Below the pieces are notes generated by a model. That model did no database searches, was not told the DNA's origin, and saw only the letters and a list, made by a program, of their open reading frames with translations. DNA of 34,610 nt, taken from NCBI GenBank assembly GCA_039589355.1, contig JBDHHM010000014.1, forward strand, positions 1-34,610, given 5' to 3'. How positions within the stretch are numbered: position 1 is the first letter of the stretch; each line of letters starts with the position of its first letter. A program made the position numbers and the translations under genes. Shown here piece after piece: positions 33,439 to 34,610 of the stretch. Source of the stretch: Gemmatimonadota bacterium (GTDB lineage Bacteria; Gemmatimonadota; Gemmatimonadetes; Palauibacterales; KS3-K002).

Positions 33439-33613
33439 TTCGACATTGGACAGCCGACAGCCGTCGACCTACGTTCAGCTCACTTCTCAGCTTTCGATGT
33501 CCGACGTTCAGTATTCGGCGTACAAGTCGGACGTCGAGTATCGAACGTCGCGCGTTGGCAGCTGAGATTGAAGCCGGGCATCGATCATCGGCTGTCGGCT
33601 GTCCAATGTCGAA
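33439..33613. repeat. 175-bp imperfect palindrome with perfect 25-bp terminal inverted repeats
   Basis: TTCGACATTGGACAGCCGACAGCCG (33439-33463) versus CGGCTGTCGGCTGTCCAATGTCGAA (33589-33613). The interior is partly self-complementary (CTCAGCT/AGCTGAG, CGACGTTC/GAACGTCG, GTCCGAC/GTCGGAC). It begins at the base after the glycosidase stop codon. Confidence 0.85.
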
Positions 33614-33657
33614 ATAGACCACGTACTTGTGGAACCATCGACTAGAGGCGTCGCCCG

Positions 33658-34179
33658 CTAGGTATCGCGCTTCGTCGCCCGCACCCAGGCGGCGCGGACG
33701 CGCTGCGACCAAACCGCGAATCCCTCTCTCAGGCTACCGGGATCCGGACGGAAGCGGACGGCCAGCAGCTGCTCGGCCGGGATCAGCGGATTGAACAGCG
33801 TGTCGATGCGGTAGGCTTGTTCCCCGCGAAACTCCAGCATGTCGACGCCTTCGAACTCGACGGACCGTCCTGTCGCCGCGAAGCCCGGCGGGTTCATGAC
33901 GCCGAGATTCGTCGCCGTGATCTTCCAGGGAACGGCGCAGCGGCTGCCGTCGGCGGCGATACAAATCGGGTGGCGGATGACGTAGTGGAAGTCGGGGAAC
34001 GCCCGCAGGACCGTCTGGGCGAAGCTCCGCACCGCATCGTGGCCCTCAGCCGGCGCCTGCATCGCCGGGTCGTCCCACACCACATCCTCGGTGAGGTACG
34101 AAAGGAACCTGTCGAGGTCCCTCGAGTTCCAGGCTTCGGTCAGCCCTTCGACAAATGCGGGGATCTGTTGGGGCTTCAT
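33658..34179 (-). CDS. SnoaL-like / NTF2-fold (ester cyclase family) protein
   Basis: FVEGLTEAWNSRDLDRFLSYLTEDVVWDDP and FEGVDMLEFRGEQ are typical of the fold. The ATG overlaps the cupin stop codon (ATGA). Confidence 0.7.
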   Translation of the reverse strand: MKPQQIPAFVEGLTEAWNSRDLDRFLSYLTEDVVWDDPAMQAPAEGHDAVRSFAQTVLRAFPDFHYVIRHPICIAADGSRCAVPWKITATNLGVMNPPGFAATGRSVEFEGVDMLEFRGEQAYRIDTLFNPLIPAEQLLAVRFRPDPGSLREGFAVWSQRVRAAWVRATKRDT

Positions 34180-34517
34180 GAGCCCTTTGGGCCGTATTGG
34201 AGGTACTCTTCTCTCACCGGCGAAAACACCTCGATGACGATCGAGTCCTCCAGCGCGGTCGCGCTGTGCGGGACTTCGCCGGCTATGTTCCAGCTGTCGC
34301 CCGGTCCGGCGTCGAAGCGGCCGTCACCGATGACGAAGTCCAGTCGCCCCGAGACCAGGTAACCGGTCTGCTCGTGTGGATGGTGGTGAGTGGGTATCCT
34401 CGCGCCCTTGCTGATCCGGAACATGCTAAGCAACGTCCGCCCTCCGTGGGCCAGCGTCTTCAACCTGACGCCCTCTGCGACTTCAGCGTAACCGCTCTCA
34501 TCCGATTTCGTGAACAT
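34176..34517 (-). CDS. Cupin-2 domain protein
   Basis: GARIPTHHHPHEQTGYLVSG ... GEVPHSATALED cupin motifs. The start was set at ATG 34517; the longer ORF runs to 34586. Confidence 0.75.
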   Translation of the reverse strand: MFTKSDESGYAEVAEGVRLKTLAHGGRTLLSMFRISKGARIPTHHHPHEQTGYLVSGRLDFVIGDGRFDAGPGDSWNIAGEVPHSATALEDSIVIEVFSPVREEYLQYGPKGS

Positions 34518-34610
34518 ACGCGCCTCGATTCTCGGGTCCTGCACGCGCGGTTGTGAGAATAACGATGTCGAATGTGAGGGCGGCACACCAGAACAGAGCC
34601 GTCCGGGCGG

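Noticed and set aside
33260-33712. ORFs 33260-33565(+) and 33392-33712(-) crossing the 175-bp palindrome
   Set aside because: Both are read-through of palindromic non-coding sequence. The plus-strand ORF also overlaps the real glycosidase C-terminal frame. Neither has a start context or a motif.

Overview
GC-rich bacterial chromosomal window. I found no rRNA, intact tRNA, CRISPR array, transposase or integrase. About 36 credible protein-coding genes sit mostly in short operons with 1-8 nt start/stop overlaps.

Gene order, left to right:
- CPBP intramembrane protease
- ECF sigma / anti-sigma / YbjQ operon
- secreted alpha/beta hydrolase
- pfkA
- small membrane and redox genes (DCC thiol oxidoreductase, FxsA, DoxX, KynB)
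- ADP-ribosylglycohydrolase
- a four-gene operon of uncharacterised proteins (SUFU-like, unknown, Zn-ribbon membrane protein, HD-domain protein)
- flavin reductase
- methyltransferase / FAD oxidoreductase / SRPBCC / KAS-II operon
- YitJ-type homocysteine methyltransferase-MTHFR fusion behind a structured leader
- an EgtD-like methyltransferase followed by a 1141-aa molybdopterin-oxidoreductase::cysteine-desulfurase fusion
- galK and a secreted-protein/glycosidase locus with a frameshifted glycoside hydrolase
- a SnoaL/cupin pair

Most notable:
1. The EgtD + metallopterin/desulfurase fusion matches the architecture of the metallopterin-dependent ergothioneine synthase route. Routine annotation would miss this.
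2. Three copies of a roughly 265-275 bp intergenic repeat carry nested inverted repeats. Base changes are compensated on both arms between copies. Each copy abuts a gene stop codon in the same relative orientation. Related 39-bp tandem units lie next to one copy.
3. A four-gene orphan operon has no assignable function.
4. Two unrelated low-GC palindromic elements sit at gene 3' ends.

All calls rest on motif recognition by eye. No database search or folding program was run.
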